The notes beneath the pieces are model-generated. The model was not told the DNA's origin. It saw only the letters and a list, made by a program, of their open reading frames with translations, and searched no databases. Shown here one piece after another: positions 48,773 to 61,750 of a stretch of DNA of 64,000 nucleotides. Positions within the stretch are counted from its first letter, which is position 1. Each line of letters starts with the position of its first letter. Source of the DNA: Felis catus (Eukaryota); assembly GCF_018350175.1 (NCBI RefSeq), contig NC_058373.1:106332001-106396000 (forward strand), given 5' to 3'. A program made the position numbers and the translations under genes.

Positions 48773-50114
48773 AAGAACATATTTGAAGCAGAAAATATAA
48801 GAAACAAAATTAGAATTGTAGCACAATACCACTCTTTAAAATTAAAAATACACCAAACGTTTGGTTCATACATACAAATCCAAGGATGTAGATCAATCCC
48901 GTTAAAGTGGGTGATGGGAAGGAGAGAGGGGTGGGAATAAGCAGAAAGAAGGGCTAAAGGCAAATAACATAAAATGAGAGCTAGGACTTCAATGAAATAC
49001 ATTTCATTATAGTAAAGAGCATGATTAACTTATATCTCTGCATTTGAGAAATATCTTCCCTCCACTCACTGTGAATAAAAAACAACAGCCAACCATTTTA
49101 TCTACGTGCCCAAGCAGAAACTGAGGTTTCAAGATTAAAAGATTTTACTTATTCACAGTCATAGGTATAATTAAATCCACTTTTTTATGTCTTTTTGTAG
49201 ACCCTCAGTCTTAATCAACATTTATCACTGTTGATTGGGAAGTGTCCCATGTTCAAGACCTGGTCAGACTAATCTCCTCCAACTGGTCACTCTGACATAA
49301 CAGCAGCATATTACAAATGTCTTAAATAATACGACATACTCTGATTGGCAATGTATTTTCTCAGAGTTTGAATTACCCTTCATTTGCAATGACTATATTA
49401 TTGATGCATTTGTTCCAATGACTCATAGCTGATTTTTCTGCAACATCAAAGTATAGTTTGAAAATGGGGTATTTCTGCATTTCATAGATAATATCCACCA
49501 TGGTCAGAAAGATACTTCGATCAGTGCTGACTTCTATTAAATTTGTGAATTTTACGTTTCAAGAAAGGATTTAACCCTAATATCAACAATAGTCACTGCG
49601 ATGTGGACATTATTTAAATAATGCTCAAAACACAAATGGTTTTGGGGTCATTTCTATTTATACTCGTTTTGGGCAATGTTGACGTTTTCCAGCGTGGGTG
49701 TCTACTCAAACTGCCTATTACAACTTGGGATGGTTACCCCAGATTTCCCTAGAAGCCCATCAGAAGGGTTCTGCTTTGTTACAAAACAATCAACCCCAGT
49801 AACTGCGGAGGAACCTAAACACCCCAGAAGCTCTGCTGTGTGGATTAAAAGGATCTGATTACAGTAATGTCAGGTTTTCAAGGTTCCAAGTACAGTACTA
49901 TCTAAGTAAAGCCTCACAAATCTCCCCAATGTACACTGAACTAAAAGGCTTTTATTTTCAGTTAGATCATTTTCAATACGGGACATCACTTTTTATAGCA
50001 ACGTAGCTGGATGCCAGGAAGTCCAACAAATGTGACTACAATTCTAATGTTGATGTGCTACACTGTGTAATTATTTGTTCATGTTATTTTCTCCCTCCTT
50101 TCTTTCAGCTTACT

Positions 50115-50455
50115 TACCCATCCATTGACTTTGAGCTTGGCTCTGTGGCATGCTTTGGCTAATGGGATGTGAGGGAACATGACATTTGCCATCTCTGAGC
50201 AGAAACGTAATGTGGCCATGTGGCTTGGTGGGGGCCCTCTTGCTCATCCTTGCACCAGAAGAAAGAACAACATGTCCTAGATAGAGGCTGCTCCTTTAGC
50301 CTGGCTTCCACGATTAAAACACAACAACAACAGCAGAGCCCAACAGAGTTTAGTGGAGTCAAATGCTGATACAATGTGTGGAGGAAAAACTATATCTTGT
50401 TGTAAGTCACTGAGATCTGGGGCTTACTTGTTATAAAACAGTAAAAGATGAAAAC
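50115..50455 (+). mobile_element. MaLR solo LTR (MLT1H/I-like)
   Basis: tgctttggctaatgggatgtgag...ttgtaagtcactgagatctggggcttacttgtta. Confidence 0.7.
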
Positions 50456-50614
50456 TTACTGACTTAGTGGGTGACAAAAGGATTTCTCATCTGTTTTATC
50501 CATACAAATTAAAGATCATTCTTTATTTTTCCCTCTGAGGAATATTATCTGATTTTAATTATTGATCCCTAAAAACACCTTTGATTATTTCAGCACTATT
50601 TTGATATATCCTGA

Positions 50615-50617
<3 letters not shown>

Positions 50618-50649
<32 letters not shown>

Positions 50650-50685
50650 CATTCATCCATTCATCCATCCACCCATCCACCCATC
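50618..50685. repeat. (TATC)n tetranucleotide grading into (TCCA/CCCA)n
   Basis: Read directly. Confidence 0.9.
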
Positions 50686-52874
50686 AAACTATCTCAAAAA
50701 AATTCTAGCACCATACTGATGGAGTCTACAGAAAAATACTCAAATAATATGTCTACTTGGCCCCAAATCTTACACTATATATATTGCCCATGCATCATAA
50801 TGATGGGGGTGGAGGGATGGTAATCTCAAGCAGACTTTATGCAGAAGAGCCAAAGGTGGCAGACGAATGGTACACCAGAACCAACAAGTACCTGAAGGTA
50901 TATGTCATCATGTATACCTCCTTCAAGCAAATCCTTCGAGTCACCCTGGTCAACCTTCTGGTTTGATATTCGCCAGTACATTATTCCCCCAGCCTTGTAG
51001 GGAACCACCAGAGGGAAATGCTGATGTGATTTTCATATTTTTATTTATTTTTTATTCTTTATTGTCATGTAGGGTCTAGTATGGGGCTTGCAAATAATAC
51101 ACAATTAATAATGTTTACTGGATGAGTGAAAGAAGAAACATATACATGATGGAATCCCCTATTGATGGTTTAAACTACAGGCAAAAAAGAGGCTGAGAGA
51201 AAACACATGTGAGTTACATTCACTATTTCTCATCTTAGACACATGTCTGTAAGTGCTGCTTCTGCTTTTGCCTTTGACCAGAAGGAAAGAGATTGCCAAG
51301 GAAGATTCTTCTCTGGTACTCACTTTGCCTTAAGAACCTTCACCCAGTGGTACTATTCTTTAGAAACATTCAGCTCTAGGCTGATACGTGCAAAACCAAT
51401 AAGGAAGTCAGGCTGAGAGCTTGAGAGGCAGAGGCAGGAGGACTAGTAATTGTCACTTGTCTTCCACTGAATTCTCAGTTGCTTCACATCAAAGAAGACT
51501 GTGCTAGGTAGTCAGCATTTCAACAATGACAAGACACAATCCATGCCCTCCTGGAGCGTACACTCTAGTGGGAACACAATCATTAATGAATGAATACAGG
51601 GACAAATCTGTGTTTAAAAACCATGATAAAAGCTACAAAGAATAGCAAACTACCAGAAATTTAATGTAGTTTTGAAAGTTTTACTTTTTTAGGGCCCTTA
51701 TATTATTCTTGGCTTCCCTGGAGATTTAGACAGATTTAGCAGGTAACTTTGTTGAAGTCAGAGCAACTATTCAACTAAGTTTCCAACAATTCAGCTAAGT
51801 TATAAACTTCTCCACTTACCTTCTGTCAACACCAATTTAATGCCTGCATTTACCTGCTTGGCAGTGGACGAGGTCATGTGCCTTTACGCTGAGGCAGCAG
51901 GTAGAATGACTTTGCTTTTAAAAAATGCAGGATCATTGCTAAATGGCTTGGACACTTTGGACTAAATGAATGACTTGGCCTGCAGCAGAATTACCTTGGT
52001 CTTCAGCTGGCTTTCTGCCTGAGTCACTCATCATTCCCAGGGCCAAGACATCACTTAAAAGGTCAGCAGCTTAACTTAATAAAAGGACAAGTACTTTTTA
52101 TATTCTCAAGTCTTGTTGTGAAAGAAGAGAGACAGCTTTAATTTTGTTACAGTTTTTAAAGGGGAAAATCTCTTGTTAAATTTATTGTCCTTGTAGAGAT
52201 ACTAAATAAAAAATGTTATTCACTATAGCTGCACGAGCCGGTCCTGGCTTTTGGGCTCGCAGGCCTAGTGACAAATCCATTTATTGTCAGCAACAAATTT
52301 CTGAATTTCAATGAAGGTTATGGAGTCCACTGTGAGTCTCAGGGGTCCCAAATACTTTGAAGAAGTTGGAAGATACTATAATCTAGCTGTTGGAGGATCT
52401 AATCTAGATAAGAGTTTTTCCTCCACGATGGATGAGTATGTCACAAAGGAGAGACTTGGGACAATAAAGACAAGCTGTCAAGAAACAATTTTTCAGAATT
52501 TCCTATTCTTGGCTCATAGAGCCTAAATCTAAGGAACATTAATTAATAAGAGCTTCCTAACCACCCACAAGAGACAAAAAAACAGGAAAACACATGATCT
52601 AGAAAATCTCAAAATGGAATTTCCCATTTTGATAGAATGTAATTGCAATATCATTGTGAAGGAACCACTGGATACTCTGGAGTTTATAGGTTAGGTTGTC
52701 TATCATCGTCTATAGTGGTAGAGTCTCAACTTTTTGGTCTACTTGCTCTTCAACAGAAGAACTCTCAGGAAATTAACATTTTGTTTTCCTATGAATACAT
52801 AATGATTAACAAGCGACAATCAGACTCTCCTTTTCTCTCACAAATACTTCCTCCTCTTTCAAGACTTGGCTCAA

Positions 52875-53310
52875 AGCGTACCTGGGTGGCTCAGTTGGTT
52901 AAGTGTCTGACTCCTGGTTTCAGCTCAGGACATGATCTCATCATTTTGGGGTTTGAGCCCCACATCAGGCTCTGTGCTGACAGCTAGGGGCCTGCTTGGA
53001 ATTCTCTGCTTCCTTCTCTCTCTGCCCCTCCCCCACTTGCACTGCCTCTGTCTCTCTCAAAAATAAACTTAAAAAAAAAAAAAAGACTAGGGGCACCTGG
53101 GTGGCTCATTTGGTTAAGCATCTGACTTCACCTCAGGTCATATTCCTAGAGTTCGTGGGTTCAAGCCCCATGTTGGGCTCTGTGCTAACAGCTCAGAGCC
53201 TGGAGCCTGCTTTGGATTCTGTGTCTCCTCTCTCTGCTCCTCCCCTGCTCGCACTTTGTCTGTCTCTCTCCCAAAAATAAATAAACATTAAAAAAATTTA
53301 AAAAAAAAAT
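52875..53310 (+). mobile_element. Two tandem CAN-SINEs (about 52875-53085; 53090-53310)
   Basis: Two heads and tails; flanks gactYggctcaaa. Confidence 0.9.
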
Positions 53311-53669
53311 GACTCGGCTCAAATATTACTTTGTCTTGGTACACATCATTTACCTCCTTGGGTACTTATTGACCTCTCCTCTGCATTCCTTGTTCACATC
53401 TTTGTTACTATGCTCCTTATTTTATACTATAGTTATTTGTTTGGATGTCTTCCTCTTTATATAGACTACTGATTTGGTTGCGACATCTTACCTTGTTCAT
53501 CACTGAATTCCCAACTCTGACTATAGTTCATTACCAAGCACATGCTGAATAAATGTTTACGGAATTAAGTTTAAATCTGGAGAGAAGTTTCTAATAGCCA
53601 ATCACAGGATTTGGGCTCTCAAACCTTTCATCAATGATACATAAAAAGCAAGTGATCATTCCCATAAAT

Positions 53670-54376
53670 AATGTAAAAGTTAGCAGAGATAGCAAATGTA
53701 TTGAGTAACAGAATCCTCTCAAATCTTGACAGACTATGAAAATGGAATTAACCTAACAAGATTAAGTTTAACAGAGATAAAATGCAAGGTCTTGTACTTC
53801 CTTCCAAAGTGCCAACTATAATAATGTGAGATAGAAGAAATGTAACTTATTGATAGCCCATATAGATAAAATCTTAAGAGTATTAGATGATGTAAACTCA
53901 ACACAAGTCAATAGTGTGATAGAGCTGACAAACAGGTAATGTGCCCATAGGTTGGATTGGTAGAAATTGGGTGTCCACAGTGAGAGAAGCCATGGTTTTG
54001 CTGTGGAATGTACTAACTTGCTCACACATTACTCAGAAAGATGTTCTTCTTGGGGTATGATGCTCAGAAGAGGGGTTTGGAGGAACCAAAAGGCTACAAA
54101 AGACTTGAAACCAACCAACAAATGTTGGTTGATAGCAATGGAAATTTAGAGTCTAGAAAAGCAAAAATGTAAGGTTATTATGACAGTTATCGTTTTATTT
54201 ATGGCCCCATATGATACAATAGATTTAGTGGATATGTAGCATCAACATATGAGATAAACTTCAGAAGTGACCAAGGATGGAAAGTCAGTTTAACAGGCAG
54301 TGAGTTCCTTGTCACTGAGAATGTTTATAAGGTCTTTTGTACAGGTTCCTTCCAACCCAGAAGTTCTCTGATTCTG
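53670..54376 (+). mobile_element. CR1/L3 LINE remnant
   Basis: aagattaagtttaacagagataaaatgcaaggtcttgtactt ... ggttccttccaacccagaagttctctgattctg (CR1-type 3' end). Confidence 0.7.
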
Positions 54377-54477
54377 AGCTCTTTGATCAGTCAGGTTTGT
54401 GTTTTTTTGTTTTTGTTTTTTTTAAAGAAGTTCCCTGATTTCCAGAAAAAGATAATATTATCTCAACATCTCTTTCT

Positions 54478-54686
54478 TTCTTTTTTAATATTTATTTATT
54501 TATTTTGAGAAAGAGACAGACTGTGTGAGCAGAGGAGAGACAGAGAGGGAGACGCAGAATCTGAAGCAGGCTCCAGGCTCTGAGCTGTCAGCACAGAGCC
54601 CGATGCAGGGCTCGAACCCACAAACCGCGAGATCATGACCTGAGCCAAAGTCAGACACTCAACCAACTGAGCCACCCAGGCACCCC
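54478..54686 (-). mobile_element. CAN-SINE
   Basis: Antisense SINEC ending actgagccacccaggcacccc. Confidence 0.92.
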
Positions 54687-55375
54687 AACACTTGGTCATT
54701 TCTAATATTATGCCCCACTGGAAAGAATGAGTAGTCATAATAGCCTGATGTTTTATTAAAAGATTACAACAGCTATTTTTTTTTTTTTTGGTAAAGCATT
54801 AAGAATCAAGGCAAAAAAAATATGGTGACTGAGAAAGGCCTTTCTGTAAGCACTAGATTTCGGATAACCATAGGGTTACACTTCTAAAGGCTTTTGAAAC
54901 TTTTAGTTGTGACTGGGAGTCTGACTTTTATGTGTACAACTGGAGTTGTTGAGGAACATTTTAATCCGTTTTGGTATAGTCAACATTCTTCTGGAGTAGA
55001 TTCAAAAAAGGAGCAAGAGGAAACCCATTTGAATATATTCCAGCTGGAAGTCTGTTGTCATCTATACCGACAAAATAGATACTGCAGAGAAATGCTTTTG
55101 GTGGCTGAAACTGCTATGTGTTCCATTTCATCACATCTAATGTAAATACGTCCTATATGTTTATGAGCCAAACCAGAACATCATTACTAAGAAACGGAGG
55201 TAACATCTTTTCTGTAAGGGGACAGCAAAACCAAGCAAAACTTATTCCAATGTCACCTAATATTGAGTAACCAACATATTTTTTAGCACTTAAATTTTTG
55301 TGGAAAAGAAGGAAATGGTATAAATAATTAAGAAAGGCACATCTAGCAAGCTGATGTTAAGAATTTAGTGTGGCA

Positions 55376-55643
55376 GGAAGTACATGGGTGCTCAGTTGTT
55401 AAGCATATGACTTCAGCTCAGATCATGATCTCATGGTTCATGAGTTTGAGTCTCACATCGGGTGAGCATGAGCCCCGCATTGGGTGAGCACGAGCCCTAC
55501 TTCAGATAAGCCCTGCTTCTCTCTTTCTCTGTCCTGCTCCCCTGCCTCTTGTGGATTCTCTTCCTCTCTCTCTCTCTGCCCCTCATTCACTTGTACCTTC
55601 TCTCTCTCTCAAAAAAAAAAAGAAAAAAAAAAAAAGAAAAAAA
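55376..55643 (+). mobile_element. Variant CAN-SINE with internal tandem repeats
   Basis: gggtgagcatgagccccgcatt / gggtgagcacgagccctactt; 15-bp TSD aagaatttagtgtgg (55359-55373 / 55644-55658). Confidence 0.85.
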
Positions 55644-56069
55644 AAGAATTTAGTGTGGGAAGTAGGGAAGGAGCAACTTTTAAATTATATCTCCCAGAGA
55701 CTTAACTTCTAAGCTGTGGAAATGAAAATGGACAAAAAGGTAGAAGCTCTGGAATTCTGGGCTGAGTTCTGGGCCCAGTTATTGACAGTGGCTCTTACAT
55801 ATGACTTTAGCAAGTCACTTTCTTCCCTCATAAGAAAAGGATACTAAAATTTCAAGGAACAGGAACAGAATATCAGAGAGATCCAATGGAAAAAGTGATA
55901 GTCTAGGCTTTGAACCTAGGTCTCGCTAACTCCAAAACTCACCCTATCCAACATTATTTGTATTTCTCACCATCAAATAAATGATTCTGATTCCTCTTCC
56001 ATCTTACCCCACAGAATTTCTGAGGGAGAAAAAGAAGAGAATCAGCACTGTCTGAGAATACATTATGTT

Positions 56070-56247
56070 GATTAGCAAACTGTTTCTGTGAAGGGCCAGA
56101 CAGTAAATACTTTATGCTTTGTGGGCCATATAGTCTCAGTTGCAACTACTCAACTATGTCCTTGCAATACAAAAGCCAAAGACAATGTCTAAGCAAATAA
56201 GTGTGGCTGTGTTCCAATAAAATTGTATTTTAAAAATCAGGTGGTGG
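56070..56247 (+). mobile_element. MER58A-like hAT DNA transposon (truncated)
   Basis: agcaaactgtttctgtgaagggccagacagtaaatac...gttgcaactactcaact...ggctgtgttccaataaaa. Confidence 0.8.
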
Positions 56248-56254
56248 TACAATA

Positions 56255-56968
56255 TTATCACAGAGAATAAAGTAATTAGGAATACATTTAATAAAAGAAG
56301 GACAAGACTTGTACAATGATAACTACAAAACATTGTCGAAAGAAATGAAATATGACCTAAATAAATGGAAAGATCTGCCATGATCATGGATTGGAAAACA
56401 TAATATTGTTAAGATGGCAATATTCTGCAGATTACAGATTCAGTGCAATCCCTAACAATGGATCTCTACCAAGGTCTAAGCAATCCCTATCAAGTTCTGT
56501 TTTTCAGAAACTGACAAGTTGATTCTAAAATTCATATGGAAGTGCAAGGGACCCAGAATAGCCAAAATAATATTGAAAAAGAAGAACAAGTTTGGAGGAC
56601 TTATACTTCCAGATTTCCCTTACTACAGAGCTGCACAATCAAAATACTGTGGTACTAACATAAGGCTAGACATACTGACCAATGGAATAGAACTAAGAGT
56701 ATAGAAATAAGTCCTAACACTTGGTCGATTGTTGTTTGAGCAGGATGACAAGATGCTTCAATGGGAAATAAACAATCTTTTTAACAAATGATTCTAGGAC
56801 AACTATATATCCACATACTAAAGAATGAAGTTGGATTCCTATCTCATGCTAAATATAACAATTAACTCAAAAGAAACCAAAGACCTAAGTATAAGAGTTA
56901 ACCTATAAAACTCAGAAGAAAACATAGGAGTGTATCTTCGTGACCTTGGGTTGGGCAATGGTTTCTTA
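56255..56968 (+). mobile_element. L1 ORF2 internal fragment
   Basis: [32 protein letters not shown] is an L1 ORF2 motif. Confidence 0.88.
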
Positions 56969-56969
56969 A

Positions 56970-57068
56970 GCACTTCCCAAAGACCCCGCCTCTTAATACC
57001 ATCATCTTTGGGGATTAAGATTTCAACATATGAATTTGGTGGGGGGGATACAACCTTCACACCACAGG
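56970..57068 (-). mobile_element. MLT1-type LTR 5'-end fragment
   Basis: cacttcccaaagaccccgcctcttaataccatca...gatttcaacatatgaatttgg. Confidence 0.75.
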
Positions 57069-58311
57069 AGGGGTCCAGCATAAGAATCTCTGAATTCTAA
57101 TCCCTTTAGGAATCCCCTTAAAATAGTTAAATCTCTGTCAGTTTCAAAGATCTACTTAGAAAATTATTTGGCATTGCTCAGAAATCCCATCCAATATTTA
57201 ACAATGTTCCCTCTTAGCAAACTACTCCTTATGTCTTTGTGAGGATAGAATGAAAGAGCAGTGAGTACAATATGGTCTGCCATCAGGAAAAGGAGAAACA
57301 GAAATAGAGCTTTGAAAATCTGCTGGCACTTAAAGAGTCAGCTTTCAGAGTTCCAAAGGCAGGGGAGTCACTAGAATCTACACACTAGTCCTTGTTTGCA
57401 ATGACAGGGTGTCCCTGCGATGGAATAAAGTGATGGCTGGGTTCTTCTGTTTTGAATGCAGCATTGTCCTGTGCAGACAGTACAGAAGTAAAGGAATATG
57501 GAGAAATAATCAAGCTGCCAGCTACTGAAAGAGAGGAGAGAAGATATAGAAATGACAATAAAACCGTCTGGGGAGAGCCCTTGTTGGTCCTGGAGTTTGA
57601 CTTGCTGCTGCCTCCACTGATTTTCCCCAACGCTGTGATCAGGAGGGAAATCCATCTCTCCCAAAGGCTGTGCCAGAGACCAGAGAGATGCCATTTTGAT
57701 GCCAACCAAGCATATTGGTTCGGGGAAAAGGAGGAGAAGTGGGTAACCAGAGGGCTGGATCATCGATATAAACACTCAGCAAAAAGCCATATTTACAGCT
57801 TTTAGTTAGCCCAGCAAATATATTCCTGGCCTTGAAAAGTGGTACTCAACTGATGGAAATTTTATATACAGTAAGGGTAATATGGCAGACTTAAATCTCT
57901 CCTTTATGCCCAGAAAAATCACACTAAAAGTACTCCAGAGAGTAGGAAATAAATAAGACACTTAACAGCCTCCTCCTATTCCCAAACTCAGTTTTACTCT
58001 TGCTTCCACACAGGCTACCGCTGGCTCCCAGGCACATGGCAGGAGAGACTGCATACTTAGGAGGGAGTACGTACAGCACCCGTGCCTCTCAATTTGCAGC
58101 TACCCTGCCATCAGCCTCTACTGAGGTGGGCATTTACATTTAACAGTACAGAGGGCTAATGAGTCTCTAAAGTTAGCCAGTAACTCCATGTACATTGTAT
58201 AAAGAGGCAAACAGGGAGACAAAACATTCTCACCATTCGCTTCTCTCCCACTGATGTGCTAGAACTTTAGCATCTGATAATGGTACTCCAGCTAATAAAA
58301 AACGATTCTAA

Positions 58312-58436
58312 GGGCACCTGGGTGGCTCAGTCAGTGAAGCATTCAGCTCTTGATTTTGGCTTAGGTCATGATCTCACAGTTCATGAGATCGAGCCCCGTG
58401 CTGGGCTCTGTGCTGACAGCACGGAGCCTGTTTGGG

Positions 58437-58492
<56 letters not shown>

Positions 58493-58565
58493 TCTCCCTC
58501 TCTCCCTCTCTCTCTGTCTCCATCCCTCCCCCACAATCTCTCAAAATAAATAAATAAACTATTTT
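58312..58565 (+). mobile_element. CAN-SINE with an expanded (CT)n tract (about 58439-58510)
   Basis: gggcacctgggtggctcagtc head; long CT run. Confidence 0.92.
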
Positions 58566-59679
58566 TAAAAACTGATTTTATTTATATGGCTTATTTTTCA
58601 GTAAACTAAAACAAATACTCTCACCTCTTTGGAACAATTCAACCTTCCTCCTTAAGGTAAGAAAGGGATAGGAATCATTCTGCTAACACTTCTTTCTGCC
58701 CCAGATTTTTTAAGAAATGAGAAAAGAGGCACAGAAAGGTCAGAATACTCATATAGCATCTCAGCCAATGCAGCATAAATCAATAACACAGACAGGGCTA
58801 GGACAAGTATAGCTTCGTTGCTCCTGTAACTCTTTATTGCACTAATTTATCTGTATCCTTGTCCCTACAAATACCTGTAGGCATTACTTATCTTAGCTCC
58901 CTCAGCCACAGCCCAGTCACTCACATGTAATAAGGTGTCTGAGACTTGACTCCTGAATGAATGAATGCCCATATGAGTGCACACACACACACACACGCAC
59001 ATACAGAGGAATCCAATCGGTTGCTCAAGGTTCTAATAACCTCAGAATCTCCTTTGTTTCTAATTACAGAAATATTAGAAATTTCCATGGGGCTCAATGT
59101 TCAGCTCAAATTGACATTTAAAGAGGGTAGGTGAAGAGAGATGCACGGGACATTTTAACACTTCTCTCTTCTCTGAAGTCCAACTTGATTGCACTTAAGA
59201 TTGGTAGCATTTCTAGAGAGAGTTAATTTTAACAGTGCCTGGAATTTTTACTTCAATGTTCCATATGTATTTATTCTATCCCCTGGATAGGTTGAGAGTT
59301 GCTGAAGTATTCAGTGAAAAGCAACTGCTGGAGAGCAGGTCCTGGCTTAAAAACCCCCACGGTCCCCCATGGAACCCAGCAAAGAACTAGACAACATATA
59401 GAAGCTCTAACTGTACGCTGAATTAAAGAACTGTCAACCTGAGGCAAGTCCAAGGTTTACCTAGTTCCATCGCAATAGCAGAATCTGACAGCTTTCAAAG
59501 AATAGATTTGTTTTTCATCTGTGCAATGTCGCTGGTTAATGTTCAAAAATAATTGACTAACAATAAGTATCTGTCTTTAATAAGAGCCTCAAGGCACAGG
59601 CTTGGAGGACACATCTGTTGTCCTTGTTAGCAACCGTAATACATTAGAGATGTCCATTGCAATATTTTAATCCTATCAT

Positions 59680-59930
59680 CCATCTTTAACCATCCTATTT
59701 AAAGTAGCTTTGCCGCCTTCATTTTTTAATTCACAGCCCTTACCACTGCATGACACTGTAATATGTGTGTTCACTTGGATACTGCTAGTCTCCCCTGTAA
59801 CGGAACTCCATGGTCCATGCAAGCAGGGCGTCTGCTTTGTTCTCTCCTCCCACCACCCACCCTGCCTCGGAAAAGAGCCTAGCACATGATAGGTTCTCCA
59901 GAATTATTTATTTAGTGATGTTGCTGAATT
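59680..59930 (+). mobile_element. L2 3' fragment
   Basis: catcctatttaaagtagc...agcagggcgtctgctttgttc...gcctagcacatgataggttctc. Confidence 0.6.
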
Positions 59931-61308
59931 TACAAATGTTCACTCATGAAGAGTCAGGCATTCGTTTGAGATAAAGCAGAGAGGTCTAGGAATGTGTTAA
60001 CTGCTTGCTAATTATCACACGCGTGCTTGCGTACAGCCACTAGGCTGAAGCAGAAGTCGTCAGGAAATGGATACCTAGAGCCAAGGGAATATATTTCTCT
60101 GACAGAAGCCTCATCCAGTGACCAGTAGGAAGAAACAGGGCCAATCAGTATAAAACATTTGGAAGGAGATTTGCTGCGTTCTACTAAGACTAAAAAAGAA
60201 AGTGGCGGCGGGAGGTGGTGGTGGGGATTGCTGCAAATAAGCCAGATGGGGGTAGAATGCCATGAAACTTACAGCAGATGGCACTAAAATATTAAACTAG
60301 CATTTCCTTATGCTCCAAGCTGAGCTCTATGTTAACGCTGATTAGGAGAGTCGGTCTATTTTAAAACATTCAAATGAAAAAAACGAATCCTGTACTGTTA
60401 AATCACTCTGCTAAAAACAACTCCAAGCATTAGCATCTAATGTGCTTTCACACAAGTGATATGTTAATATTATTCAGGCAAGGTTACGTCTAACAAAACC
60501 ACCCAGAATAGGAGAGAGAAAAAAAGCCCACAGTCTCATGAATCTGTTCAAAAACAAGCTCAGTGTGGTAAAGCCATGAAAATCTGCTTCTCTGATCTCC
60601 ATAGCAACAGTAGCAACCCTCAGACAGACGCTTTAGAAACCAGATTTGTTTTTCTCTTTTCCAAGTACCTTTGCACGATATTTTTGGGTAATGTTGAAAT
60701 ACAACTGACATTGCATAAGGTGTAAACACACTGCCTGTTCCAATTGCTCCAGTATTAGGGTGGCTTGTCATTTTTCTCACTTAACCCACAATGGTGGTGC
60801 CACTGTCACAGTGCAGCACCTGGCTCTCCGGGGATACCCCAGAAAAGTACTGTCAACTGAAAGTCAGGCTTAATAATATTTACAGGCTGCCAGTTGGAGA
60901 AGAAGGTACTCTCAAGATTTATAAACCGTGCAAAGTAATAAGTACGCTATCTATCTGCTTTGCAAATATTATTTAAAGCTTCTACCTAAAAAGAAGCCGT
61001 AGAATATTCACTGTCTAACTGAATCCAAGGTATGGACACTATCCAGTCTCAGTCACCTCAGCAAGTCAGAGAAGGAATTAAAAATAGTACCATGTAAACA
61101 GAGGTGCACTGAAGAACTCTTTCAACTATTCCATATGCTTGAAAATTTTTATAATAAAATATTGGGAAGAAAGGAAATACATCTGATCATCATATAACAT
61201 ACAACCCAAAGGAACTCTCCATTGTTCCATGTTATTACAGGCAACGTAGTGGAAAAATAAAAGCTGAGAGAGATTTGCTCATTGGCTAATTAAAAGTGAC
61301 CAACTGAA

Positions 61309-61420
61309 GGGGTGCCTGGCTGGCTCAGTCAGTAAAGCATGTGACTCTTGATCTTGGGGTCATGGGTTTGAGCCTTATATTGGGGGTAGAGATGACTTAA
61401 AAAATAAAATCTTTTAAAAA
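61309..61420 (+). mobile_element. Short CAN-SINE
   Basis: ggggtgcctggctggctcagtc; TSD aaaagtgaccaactgaa. Confidence 0.88.
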
Positions 61421-61439
61421 AAGTGACCAACTGAAAAAA

Positions 61440-61750
61440 CAATTGGAGGAATCTTGAGAGAATTTGAATACGAACTGGGCATTAGATAACGGAAGGTATT
61501 TGTTTTATTAGATGTAACAATGGTCCCATGGTTACCTAAGTAAAAATTCCTATTTTTAGAGATGTACACTAAAGTATATAGAGGTAAAATATCTTGATGG
61601 CTGTAACTTCATTTCAAAATGCTCCCCTCAAAAGCAATTGAAACAAGTGTGCAAAAATGGTAATGACTGTTAAATTTTGTTTATCTTTATGTGGTAGTTC
61701 ATAATAGTATTTTCTCCAATCTGTATGCAACTTTCTATAATAACCTCTTT
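61440..61750 (+). mobile_element. L1MC/ME 3' UTR remnant
   Basis: tttttagagatgtacactaaagtatatagaggtaaaat motif. Confidence 0.55.

Larger units (their letters stand above)
44440..48950 (+). mobile_element. Degraded old L1 ORF2/3' region, interrupted by several SINEs and a MIR (about 46090-46360)
   Basis: acaggttctagatgattctac, agtataatcttgattccaaaa, gcattcctttatgatcaggcataagacaag motifs. Confidence 0.7.

Noticed and set aside
50757..51079. Coding-looking unique sequence with three short overlapping ORFs
   Set aside because: No protein I can recognise, no poly(A)/TSD and no splice structure; blastx would be needed
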